Positions 36,966 to 45,636 of a stretch of DNA of 54,031 bases are shown here, one piece after another. The position numbers were made by a program, and so were the translations under genes. This DNA comes from a virus (lineage: Duplodnaviria > Caudoviricetes). A model generated the notes under the pieces. That model saw only the letters and a list, made by a program, of their open reading frames with translations. It was not told the DNA's origin and ran no database searches. The stretch lies in IMG/VR virus record IMGVR_UViG_3300048080_000659, positions 1-54,031 of that record; one strand, written 5' to 3'. Position 1 is the stretch's first letter. Each line of letters starts with the position of its first letter.

Positions 36966-38707
36966 AGTCCTACGCTCCGCGCTTTCGAGGCGCGTCTCCC
37001 TCCATGACCGTTCTGTCCTTCCCAGCGCCCGACCGGGCGATCCTCCAGCCGAGCACGCACGCTCGCGGGGCGCGGCCCTACGTCTACCAGGGCAGGATTG
37101 ATCCGTGGCACGCGCCGGGGCTTCACGTGAAGAACCACTACACGAGCGGCGCGGTTGACGTGGCCTGGTCCCTCGAGCGGGTCGCCGGCCGTGCATCGAG
37201 GGCTCCGAGCATGTGGCCGGGCGTCCCCGGCGCCGCCGAGCGCGCGCGCGAGCTGGGGGCGAAGGCGGGGCTGTTCGGCTACCAGCAGGAGGGCGCGGCG
37301 TTCTTGGCCGAGCGAGACTACGCCGCGAACCTTGACGCGATGGGCGGGGGTAAGACCGCGCAGAGCATCATTGCCGCCGAGGCGCGACTGTCCCTCGGCG
37401 TCGTGCCGGTAGAAACGCCCGTGGTCCTGGTGCTCTGCCCGGCGCTGGTGAAGCGGCACTGGTCCCGCGAGATCAAGCGCTGGACCGGGCACGACAGCAC
37501 GGTGCTCGATGGACTCCGGCCGGGCCCGCTGCCCACGACTCGCTACGTCATCGCCAACTACGACATCATCTCGGGCGCGCGCCGGCGGGAAGCGACGGGT
37601 GTGCTGCGCGACGCGACCGAGTTGCCCGGTTGGGGCGCTGCGCTCGCCGGCCGGTTCCTGGTCGCCATCCTGGACGAGATGCACATGCTGCGCGGCCGGG
37701 CCTCGCGCCGGACCAAGGCGATCAAGGCTGTGTGCCGCGGGATCCCCGTCGTGTGGGGGCTGACGGGTACGCCGATCCCGAACTACATCCGCGACGTGTG
37801 GTCCCAGGTGGACATCCTGACCGACGGCCTCTTCGGCTCCTACTGGGATTGGGCCCGGGTCTACTGCTCCGCGCATGAAGCAAAGTACGGCTGGAACGAC
37901 ACGGGCGCCGACCGGCTCGACGAGCTGCAACACCGGCTGGCCTTCTTCATGCTCGGCCGCTCGAAGGAAGCGATGGCGCTCGAGCTGCCCGAGAAGCGCC
38001 GCGAAGTCTTCTACGTGGACGTCCACGCGAGCCCGCCGAAGCTCGGTGACGAAGTCGATGCGGTCACTCGCCACAAGCTCGTCGCGAGCGGGCTTCGCGC
38101 TACCGCAAAAGCGAAACGCCCGATCGTCGTCGAGCAGGCGCTCGAGGCGCTCGACAACAAGCAGCGGGTCCTCGTCTTCGTCTACATGCGCGAGCAAGCC
38201 GACGCCGTCGCCAAGGCGATCAAGGAAGCCCGTGAGGTGACCGTGTTCTGCGTGCACGGCGAGCTGAGCCCCGAGGGCCGCGACGCACAGGCGGGCAACT
38301 TCCGCCAAGCATGCGCCGCGGGAATGCCGTGCGTGTTCGTCGCGACGATCGACTCGGTCGGGCTGGGGATTTCCCTTGTCGGCGCCGATCTCGTCATCTT
38401 CGGCGACCTCCTCGCGGAGCCGCACAAGCTGCTGCAAGCGGAAGCCCGCGCACACCGGATTGGCTCCGAGCACCGCGTGCTCGTGCGGTACCTGATCGCG
38501 ACCGGGACAGTAGACGAAGGGATCGCCGACCGCGTGATCGCCAAGCTCGCCACCATCGAAGCCGCGCTCGGCAAGGAAGCAGACCAGCAGGGGCTCGGCG
38601 AGTTGTTCGGTGCCAGGACGGACGAGAGCATCATCGACGGGCTATTTGAGAAGCTGAAGCAGTGGGGGCGGCGCGACGATGTGCGCGCAACGAGCGTGAA
38701 GCTATGA
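36953..38707 (+). CDS. SNF2-family helicase
   Basis: YQQEG, DAMGGGKT, LDEMH, LTGTPIPN, QAEARAHRIG; start may be ATG 37004. Confidence 0.92.
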   Translation: MADVESYAPRFRGASPSMTVLSFPAPDRAILQPSTHARGARPYVYQGRIDPWHAPGLHVKNHYTSGAVDVAWSLERVAGRASRAPSMWPGVPGAAERARELGAKAGLFGYQQEGAAFLAERDYAANLDAMGGGKTAQSIIAAEARLSLGVVPVETPVVLVLCPALVKRHWSREIKRWTGHDSTVLDGLRPGPLPTTRYVIANYDIISGARRREATGVLRDATELPGWGAALAGRFLVAILDEMHMLRGRASRRTKAIKAVCRGIPVVWGLTGTPIPNYIRDVWSQVDILTDGLFGSYWDWARVYCSAHEAKYGWNDTGADRLDELQHRLAFFMLGRSKEAMALELPEKRREVFYVDVHASPPKLGDEVDAVTRHKLVASGLRATAKAKRPIVVEQALEALDNKQRVLVFVYMREQADAVAKAIKEAREVTVFCVHGELSPEGRDAQAGNFRQACAAGMPCVFVATIDSVGLGISLVGADLVIFGDLLAEPHKLLQAEARAHRIGSEHRVLVRYLIATGTVDEGIADRVIAKLATIEAALGKEADQQGLGELFGARTDESIIDGLFEKLKQWGRRDDVRATSVKL

Positions 38708-39327
38708 GCTGGCGCCCCGAATCACAGCGCGTGCCGGAACACGGGAAGACGACGCACGGGCGCACTTACGATCCGATCTACGAGATTTGGTGCGGCATGA
38801 TCAAACGCTGCTACAACCGCAAGCACAAGGACTGGCGGCTCTACGGCGGAAAAGGCATTCGCGTCTGTGCTCGCTGGCGCCACACCTTTGCGGCGTTTCT
38901 GGCCGACATGGGCGAGCGGCCGTCGCCGAAGCATTCGATTGATCGGCGTGACGGGACAAAAGGCTACAGCCCCGAGAACTGTCGATGGGCGACGGCGAAG
39001 GAGCAAGCGAACAACACCGCGGCCAATCGGCGGCTGACGTACAACGGCGTGACACGCACGCTGAGCCAATGGGCGGACGTTGTCGGTATCGACATGCAGC
39101 TATTGAGCGCCCGCAACCGAGCGGGGTGGTCCGTCGAACGGGTCCTTACCAAACCAGCAACGAATCTCGGCGGCGGCCACGGCGGGGCGAAGCTGACAGA
39201 ACGCGACGTCCGGGCGATTCGCCGATCGTCGAAGTCGAGCCCGGTTCTCGCGCGTGTCTACCCTGTCACGGCGCGGTACATCCGGCGCATTCGCACGAGA
39301 GAACGTTGGAGCTACCTCGATGCCTGA
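38704..39327 (+). CDS. HNH homing endonuclease
   Basis: W.GM.KRC, YGGKGIRVC.RW, SIDR.DG.KGYSPENCRWAT. Confidence 0.9.
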   Translation: MSWRPESQRVPEHGKTTHGRTYDPIYEIWCGMIKRCYNRKHKDWRLYGGKGIRVCARWRHTFAAFLADMGERPSPKHSIDRRDGTKGYSPENCRWATAKEQANNTAANRRLTYNGVTRTLSQWADVVGIDMQLLSARNRAGWSVERVLTKPATNLGGGHGGAKLTERDVRAIRRSSKSSPVLARVYPVTARYIRRIRTRERWSYLDA

Positions 39328-40204
39328 CACGCGCAGTGCTGACCATACAGGAGCGGCGACCGACGTGGTCTACCCGGGCGGTCCTAGCAAGTGCGGGCCA
39401 CATCGCGTGGGCAGCTTCGCCGTGTGCCCACAGCTCGAAGCGTTCTCGCACGAACTCGGCCTTCGTCTCGCCGACGAGCGCCCCGCAACGGCAATCGGGA
39501 CGCTCACGCATGTGGGGCTTGCCTATCGTTACGCCGCCATGCTCCCGCAAGATCGGCAGCCTTCGTGGTTGGTCTACCGCGACCCCCGGACGGGGTATCC
39601 CGATCCGCTTCTCGCGATCGCAATCTGCGGATGGAAGACGCCAACCTACGCGCAAGAGGCTCAGCGGATCTTCTCCTGGTACTGCTCCTGGTACAAGGTC
39701 AACGTCTGGACCCCCGTGCTCGTCGAGCACCAGTTCGAGGTCACGTTCCCGAACGGAGCGGCGTACACAGCGCGAACCGATCTCCTGTGCGTCGAGAACA
39801 GCGAATACGTCCTGGTAGATCACAAGACCGTCCCACGCCTCAACCCCAGCATCGGTCGCGACTACCGCGCCGATCGGCAGATGCTCACGGGGCTGGCGCT
39901 CGCCCGCGCCGCCGGCTACGACGTCAAGCGCGTGGTGATCAACGCGCTCTCGAAAGAGCAGCCGATGCCTCAGTTCAAGCGCTACGACGTGCCGGTCTCA
40001 GCCGTAGCATTCGAGAGGCTCGGCGCGGACACCGGGTACTACCTCGAGCGCATGCAAGAGGTTCGACGACTCTATCCCGATCCGTGGAACCGACCGCGGA
40101 ACGCCGATTCTTGCGTAAGAAAATTCGGGCGGTGTGACTACTACGCGCTGTGCACCGAGGGGCCGACGGCCGACGTGATGGCCAACTTCACGAGGAAGCC
40201 ATGA
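39320..40204 (+). CDS. PD-(D/E)XK (Cas4/RecB-like) exonuclease
   Basis: CP, IGTLTH, VEHQF, RTDL, VDHKT, Q, and C-terminal C..FG.C.Y..LC. Confidence 0.85.
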   Translation: MPDTRSADHTGAATDVVYPGGPSKCGPHRVGSFAVCPQLEAFSHELGLRLADERPATAIGTLTHVGLAYRYAAMLPQDRQPSWLVYRDPRTGYPDPLLAIAICGWKTPTYAQEAQRIFSWYCSWYKVNVWTPVLVEHQFEVTFPNGAAYTARTDLLCVENSEYVLVDHKTVPRLNPSIGRDYRADRQMLTGLALARAAGYDVKRVVINALSKEQPMPQFKRYDVPVSAVAFERLGADTGYYLERMQEVRRLYPDPWNRPRNADSCVRKFGRCDYYALCTEGPTADVMANFTRKP

Positions 40205-40980
40205 TCGACATCGTCACCGGCGCCGCAGCCGCAACCAACGTCGCTTCGCTCCCAGCGAACGTCATCCTGTACGGGCCGCCAGGCTCATGCAAGACCACCG
40301 ACGTAGCACAAGCCTTCACGCAGGACGGGCGCTGCTCCTGCTTCTTCATCACGTGCGAAGACGGTGCGCTGAAGCCCATCGTGGCGCGCGGGATGCCTGT
40401 CCCCGATCACGTCAAGACCCCGGTGAAATCCTGGCAGGAGATGCAAGAAACCCTCGTGTGGCTGGGCCAGAATCGCGGCGCCTACCGTGCGGTCGCGATC
40501 GACACGATCAGCACGTGGACGATGTACCTCTACAAAGAGATGGAGCGGGCGTTCGAGGGCAACAAGAACAAGTTCCTGATCCCGCTCAAGATGCGCGAGT
40601 GCTTGTTCACGGTTCGCGAGTGGACGCGCATGATCGGACTGCACTGCGTGATGATCGCGCACTCCTCGGCACCCGAGATGCGAGACGGGGTCTTCTACCG
40701 CGGCGGCCCGCTCATGGCCCCACGGAGCATGATCGAGCAGTACCACGGGCTCGTCGATTCCGTGCTGCGTGTAGACCATCTCGCTCTTCCGGGCCGACCC
40801 GTCACGCGGGTCTACTGGACCGGCGGCGAAGAATGGCCGGCCGAGCTGGGCGCCTTCACGCAGCCGCAGGACTGGCGCGCGTGGCGCGCGAAGAATCGCG
40901 AGGGATGCGGGAAGGCGGTCGTGCCCGCCGACCTCGGGGCGTTCCTCCGATCGAGGACGCCTCCCTATCAGGGGATCTGA
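40201..40980 (+). CDS. AAA_24 / Sak4-like ATPase (single-strand annealing)
   Basis: LYGPPGSCKT, VAIDTIS, MIAH. Confidence 0.8.
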   Translation: MIDIVTGAAAATNVASLPANVILYGPPGSCKTTDVAQAFTQDGRCSCFFITCEDGALKPIVARGMPVPDHVKTPVKSWQEMQETLVWLGQNRGAYRAVAIDTISTWTMYLYKEMERAFEGNKNKFLIPLKMRECLFTVREWTRMIGLHCVMIAHSSAPEMRDGVFYRGGPLMAPRSMIEQYHGLVDSVLRVDHLALPGRPVTRVYWTGGEEWPAELGAFTQPQDWRAWRAKNREGCGKAVVPADLGAFLRSRTPPYQGI

Positions 40981-41067
40981 AGCATGGCTAAAGAACGTAG
41001 TCGAGCGATGTCGCTTGGTGAACTTATGCTTCTGATGGATCGTGAAACGAACAAAGGAGAGACGACA

Positions 41068-41850
41068 ATGAACAACGGACAAGGATTTCCCGGAGCGCCC
41101 GGCGGCGGCTTCCCGGGAGCAGCGGGTGCCGCGCCGACAACCGGGTTCGTGCTGGACATCCCGCCCGATCCCACATGGGAACCGTTCGAGACGACGGACG
41201 TGCTCGAGATGGACGGGCTCTATGCCTGCCGCATCACGCGCGAGTCCGCGCGCACGGACACCAGCAAGTCCTCGGGCGTGTTCATCACGCTCGAGATCCT
41301 GGACGAGGACGCGCGCGGCAAGGTGCTGTCCAAGTTCCTGCCCGACCCCCGCACCACCAAGTCGAACGTCTGGTTCGTCTGGCGCGGGCTCATCCGCTCA
41401 ATCACAGGCGGCCTCGACGGCGCACGCCAGGGCTTCCAGTACCGTCCGGGCACCTTCGCGAATCAGGTCTGCTACGCGAAGACCGAGCCCTACCTGGACG
41501 GCCAGGACCAGCGCACGAGCATCGCGCAGTTCGTCACCAAGGAGGAGTACGACGCGGCCGTCGCCGGCAAGCGGCACCGTTGGCCGAGCAAGCCGAAGAC
41601 CTCGGCGCTGCCGGGCGGCTTGCCGTCGGCCTTCCCGATGGCGGCGTTCCCGGGCATGACCGGGCCGTCCGCGCCGACCGGGTTCCCTCCCGCGCCGCAG
41701 CCGGGCGGGGCTCCGATGACACAGCCGCCTCAGCCCGCGCCGCAGCCGCAGGCAGCCCCGGCGTTCCCTGGGTTCGCCCAGCCTGCGGGGGGCAGCGCGC
41801 CCGCACCGAGCGGAAGCATGCCCCCGAACCTTTTCCCGGGCATGAAGTAG
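41068..41850 (+). CDS. SSB-like protein (DUF669-like) with Pro-rich tail
   Basis: AAGGAG RBS; DG.Y.CRI, ITLEIL...RGK; follows the Sak4-like gene. Confidence 0.65.
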   Translation: MNNGQGFPGAPGGGFPGAAGAAPTTGFVLDIPPDPTWEPFETTDVLEMDGLYACRITRESARTDTSKSSGVFITLEILDEDARGKVLSKFLPDPRTTKSNVWFVWRGLIRSITGGLDGARQGFQYRPGTFANQVCYAKTEPYLDGQDQRTSIAQFVTKEEYDAAVAGKRHRWPSKPKTSALPGGLPSAFPMAAFPGMTGPSAPTGFPPAPQPGGAPMTQPPQPAPQPQAAPAFPGFAQPAGGSAPAPSGSMPPNLFPGMK

Positions 41851-41856
41851 GTTGGT

Positions 41857-41961
41857 GTTTCCTCGGTGGGGGCGGCGGTTGGAGCCGACAGGAACGGGCT
41901 GCGAGCGCCGATCACGCTCAACGACCAAGTATCAGTCCCTCGTCTCGACCACCGAGGAAAC
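41857..41961 (+). ncRNA. Candidate multibranch structured RNA 1
   Basis: 13-bp closing stem gtttcctcggtgg/ccaccgaggaaac with internal helices, followed by T6. Confidence 0.55.
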
Positions 41962-41970
41962 TTTTTTCTT

Positions 41971-42043
41971 GAAGCCCGGGATGGGGTGCGGGGAGCGTAG
42001 ACCCCTCCGATAGGAGGGAGCCCGTGCCCCGTCCCGGGGTTTC
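41971..42043 (+). ncRNA. Candidate structured RNA 2
   Basis: About 22-bp stem with several G-U pairs enclosing a ccctcc-gata-ggaggg hairpin. Confidence 0.55.
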
Positions 42044-42056
42044 GTAGGAGGCCGCC

Positions 42057-42920
42057 ATGTACGTCGTGATGGACATCGAAACGATCCCTGATCCCACGGT
42101 GTGGTCGCCTGGGCCTGCGCGGCTCAAGGTCGAGAAGACCAAGCCGACGAAGACCGACCTCGCCTTCCTGAAGCTGGCGGTGGACGCGGTCGGAGCAGGG
42201 AAGGTCCACCAAGAGGATGCGAACAAGGCCCTCGCCATCGCCGAACTGTGCGAGGACAAGACGGCGATCGATGCGCTGAGCCCGTTCGCGGACGCGAAGC
42301 CAGACGCCGAGTTCCCCCCGGTCTACGCGCACCAACCCATCGTCATCGGCCATCTGCTGCTCGATGAAGCCTTTGCGGTCAAAAGCATCGGCACGGCCGC
42401 GGACGAGGAGCCCGCGCTGCTGACCTCCTGGGCGACGTTCATGAACAAGAGCCGCCCGACGATCGTCACCTGGAACGGCCGCGGCTTCGACCTGCCGGTC
42501 CTGAACCTGCGGTCGCTACAGCGGGGCATTCCACAACGCTGGTACACGCAGTACCGAAACCGCTACAAGGAAGATCACCTCGACCTGTGCGACGTGCTCG
42601 GCGAGTTCGGCGCGGTCCCGCGCATGAAGCTGAACGACGTCGCCCGCACGATCGGCCTGCCCGGCAAGTATGGGATCGACGGCTCGATGGTGGCGGGCTT
42701 GTACGCCGCCGGCAAGGTGGACCTGATCCGCACCTACTGCTTGACCGACGTGCTTACGACAGCCTGGATCTTCTTGCGGGTGCTCTTGGTCCGCGGGCAG
42801 ATCGACGTCAAGGTGTACCAGACCGCCGCACAGGGGCTGCTCGCGACGTGTCGGCAGATGCCCGAGTTGACCGAGTTCGTGGGGCTCATCGACGAGAAGC
42901 GGCTGATGCTGGAGGGGTGA
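42057..42920 (+). CDS. DnaQ-like 3'-5' exonuclease (PolB-exo-like)
   Basis: MDIET, TWNGRGFDLP, YCLTDV (Exo I-III); AGGAGG RBS. Confidence 0.88.
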   Translation: MYVVMDIETIPDPTVWSPGPARLKVEKTKPTKTDLAFLKLAVDAVGAGKVHQEDANKALAIAELCEDKTAIDALSPFADAKPDAEFPPVYAHQPIVIGHLLLDEAFAVKSIGTAADEEPALLTSWATFMNKSRPTIVTWNGRGFDLPVLNLRSLQRGIPQRWYTQYRNRYKEDHLDLCDVLGEFGAVPRMKLNDVARTIGLPGKYGIDGSMVAGLYAAGKVDLIRTYCLTDVLTTAWIFLRVLLVRGQIDVKVYQTAAQGLLATCRQMPELTEFVGLIDEKRLMLEG

Positions 42921-43131
42921 TGCACCGCTGTCACGCCGAGGGCTGCACCCGGCGGGTCCCGCCGAACCTGCTCATGTGCAAACCGCACTGGTTCATGGTG
43001 CCAAGCGCCGTCCGCGACGAGGTGTGGGCCACCTACCGTCGCGGGCAGGAGATCACCAAGACCCCAACGGACGAGTACATGGTCGCCTACCACAAGGCCG
43101 TCAACGCCGTTGCAGTCAAGGAAGGCCGGCG

Positions 43132-45636
43132 ATGAAGACGGCCGTCGCGCTCGTGAAGTCAGCCGTCGCCGCCATGACGCTGCAAGACCTCGCCGCCAAC
43201 GCGCCCCACCACATCCCCGCGATGCAGGCCGGCGCCGAGTGCTGGCGGTGTCCCCTCGCCAACTGCGGCGCAGGCCCAGTGCCGCCGACCCTGCCGCCCA
43301 ACCTCGAGCTACTCGTGGTCGCCGAAGCCCCAGGCCAGACCGAGATCGACGAAGGCCAGACCTTGATCGGCGCCTCGGGCCGCGAGACCCGCGGAGCGCT
43401 CCGCACCGCCGGCTTTGACCCGGACCTGGCCGGGTACACGAACACCATTCTGTGTCAGCCCCCCGAAGGTGACCTCAAGAAGTTCCGCACGAAGTCACGC
43501 AAGAAGGGCCTGTCCGACCCCGTCGAGTGCTGCCGGCCGCGGCTCACGGCCGAGATCCGCCGCGCCAAGCTCGTGGTCCTGATGGGCGCGGCGAGCCTCG
43601 ACGGCGCAGGGGTCAGCAAGTCGGTCATGAAGCTGCGCGGCACCCCCGTTCAGATCCCGGACGGGCCGCCCGCGGTGCCCATCCTGCACGCCGCCTTCGT
43701 GCTGCGCGACAAGGGCCGGCACCTTCGCCACGTGTTCCGCGGCGACATGGCCAAGGCTGTCCGCCTCTCGCGCGGCGGCAACACCTGGACGGACCCGAAG
43801 TTCTTCGTGGTGCAGGACCACATGCAACTCGCCAACTTCCTATCGCGCCCGCTGCCGTGGTGGGCGGTGGACACCGAGACGGACGGCGTAGATCCATGGA
43901 CCTGCAAGCTCCGGCGCATCGGGGTCGGGAGCAAGGACGAGGTCGCCATCTACGCGCCGCTGTCCGTGCACGGCCATCCGCTGATGACCGACACCGAGAT
44001 CGAATCCTGTCGGCGCGTGTTCAATGAATTCTTCGGGCGCGCGCCAAAGCTGTGCTTCCACAACTACTTCCCGTTCGACTCGATCGTGCTCGGGCAACAC
44101 GGAATGCTCGTGCCAGATGACCGCGCCTTCGATTCGATCATCGGGCACCACATCGGCCGGACTTCCGAGCTGCCGCACGCGCTCGACTTCCTCGGCAGCA
44201 TCTACACCGACGCGCCGTACTGGAAGGACGACGTCAAGCACTCGAACGTCAAGTCCGACGAGATCCTCGACCGCTACCTGTCCTTCGACATCGCCGTGAC
44301 GTGGCTGTCCGCGCCATGGATCGCGCAGGAGCTGGCGACGACGGACCAGGAGCCCATCTACAATCTCGACGTCCGCCTCGCCGCCATCGGCCGCAGCATG
44401 GCCGCGCTCGGCATTCGAGTAGACACCGCCGCACAGGTCAAGTTCGCGACGGAGTACCAGGCCAAGGCCGACAAGCTCAAGCGCGAGTTCGTCGATGCTT
44501 GCGGCCGGGACGTGAACCCCGCGAGCCCCGTGCAGATCCGGCAGTTCCTCTATCACGATCTCGGCCTGCCCATCCTCGAGGAGTTCGAGACGGAAAGCGG
44601 TGAAGCCTCGACGGCCGAGCCCGCGCTGCTGGAACTGCTAGGCATGGGCGTTGACCGCCGCGCCGAGACAGTCATCAAGACGCTGCTCGGCTTCCGCGAA
44701 GCCGACAAGATCCTCGGCACGTACACCGGCCGCATCGAGGACGGCCCCGGGATCGAATCTCGTCTCGTCGGCGGGCCGCCCGTGCACGCCGACGGCCGCC
44801 TGCGGACGACGTGGAAAGTCTTCGGGACCACGAGCGGTCGGTGGTCCTCCGGCGACCCGAACCTCCAGAACGTGCCGAAGAAGCTCCGCGCGATGTACGT
44901 CCCGCATCCCGGGAACGTCTTCGTCGCCGCGGACTTCAGCGCGCTCGAACTGCGCATCCTGGCGCTGGTGTCCAAGGACGCACCGCTCATCGACGCCTTC
45001 CGCGCGTTTGACGCCGGCAAGGGCCCGGACATCCACGTGGTCAACGCGTGCACGGTCTTCAAGTGCACGCCGGCGGAAGTGACGGACGAGGCGCGGACGT
45101 TCGCCAAGCGCTTCGTCTACGGCCTCAGCTATGGTGCCCAGCCCCTCAAGATTTTTCAGACCATGTCGCTCCTGCGAAACGACGACTTGCGGCCCGTGTT
45201 CCCGAACATCACGCTCGCCGAGATCGAGCGCGTCTATCACACGTGGTGGGAGATGCATCCCGCGATCACGCAGTGGCGGCGCGACCTCGTCAGCGGGTGG
45301 AGGCGCCACGGCTACATCGCCACGCCGTGGCACAAACGGAAGCGTTACTTCATCGGCGGGGAAAATCACGAGGAGCAGTACAACCACCCTATCCAGGGCG
45401 GCGCGGCCGACCTTCAGAATCAAGCCGTCCTCGCGCTGGTGAACGCATACCCCTTCGACTTCGCGCGGCACCGGGGGCTCGTGCTCCAGGTCCACGACCA
45501 ACTCGTCGTCGAGTGCGGCGCGGACGAAGCCGAGCGCGTCAAGCGGATCGTCGAAAGCGCAATGACCCGGCGGATCGATGACATGCTGTTCCCGGCAGCC
45601 GCGAAGACCGGGCTCAACTGGAAGGTTGCGTCATGA
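43132..45636 (+). CDS. polA: Family A DNA polymerase with N-terminal UDG-like domain and 3'-5' exonuclease
   Basis: C..C.L, AEAPG..E, IGASG, C.P (family-4 UDG-like); VDTET exo; TTSGR.SS.DPNLQN, DFSALELR, AKRFVYG..YG, QVHDQ. Confidence 0.93.
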   Translation: MKTAVALVKSAVAAMTLQDLAANAPHHIPAMQAGAECWRCPLANCGAGPVPPTLPPNLELLVVAEAPGQTEIDEGQTLIGASGRETRGALRTAGFDPDLAGYTNTILCQPPEGDLKKFRTKSRKKGLSDPVECCRPRLTAEIRRAKLVVLMGAASLDGAGVSKSVMKLRGTPVQIPDGPPAVPILHAAFVLRDKGRHLRHVFRGDMAKAVRLSRGGNTWTDPKFFVVQDHMQLANFLSRPLPWWAVDTETDGVDPWTCKLRRIGVGSKDEVAIYAPLSVHGHPLMTDTEIESCRRVFNEFFGRAPKLCFHNYFPFDSIVLGQHGMLVPDDRAFDSIIGHHIGRTSELPHALDFLGSIYTDAPYWKDDVKHSNVKSDEILDRYLSFDIAVTWLSAPWIAQELATTDQEPIYNLDVRLAAIGRSMAALGIRVDTAAQVKFATEYQAKADKLKREFVDACGRDVNPASPVQIRQFLYHDLGLPILEEFETESGEASTAEPALLELLGMGVDRRAETVIKTLLGFREADKILGTYTGRIEDGPGIESRLVGGPPVHADGRLRTTWKVFGTTSGRWSSGDPNLQNVPKKLRAMYVPHPGNVFVAADFSALELRILALVSKDAPLIDAFRAFDAGKGPDIHVVNACTVFKCTPAEVTDEARTFAKRFVYGLSYGAQPLKIFQTMSLLRNDDLRPVFPNITLAEIERVYHTWWEMHPAITQWRRDLVSGWRRHGYIATPWHKRKRYFIGGENHEEQYNHPIQGGAADLQNQAVLALVNAYPFDFARHRGLVLQVHDQLVVECGADEAERVKRIVESAMTRRIDDMLFPAAAKTGLNWKVAS

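Noticed and set aside
36848-38473. Long antisense ORFs (for example 541 aa opposite SNF2 and 450 aa opposite the SOD fusion)
   Set aside because: Typical stop-poor shadow frames of high-GC coding DNA with no recognisable motifs.
39320-40204. Cas4-like gene as evidence of CRISPR-Cas
   Set aside because: No other cas genes or array; the context is a standard nuclease-Sak4-SSB recombination module.
41857-42043. tRNA gene
   Set aside because: No T-loop GTTCRA or D-arm signature, and the stem lengths do not fit a cloverleaf.
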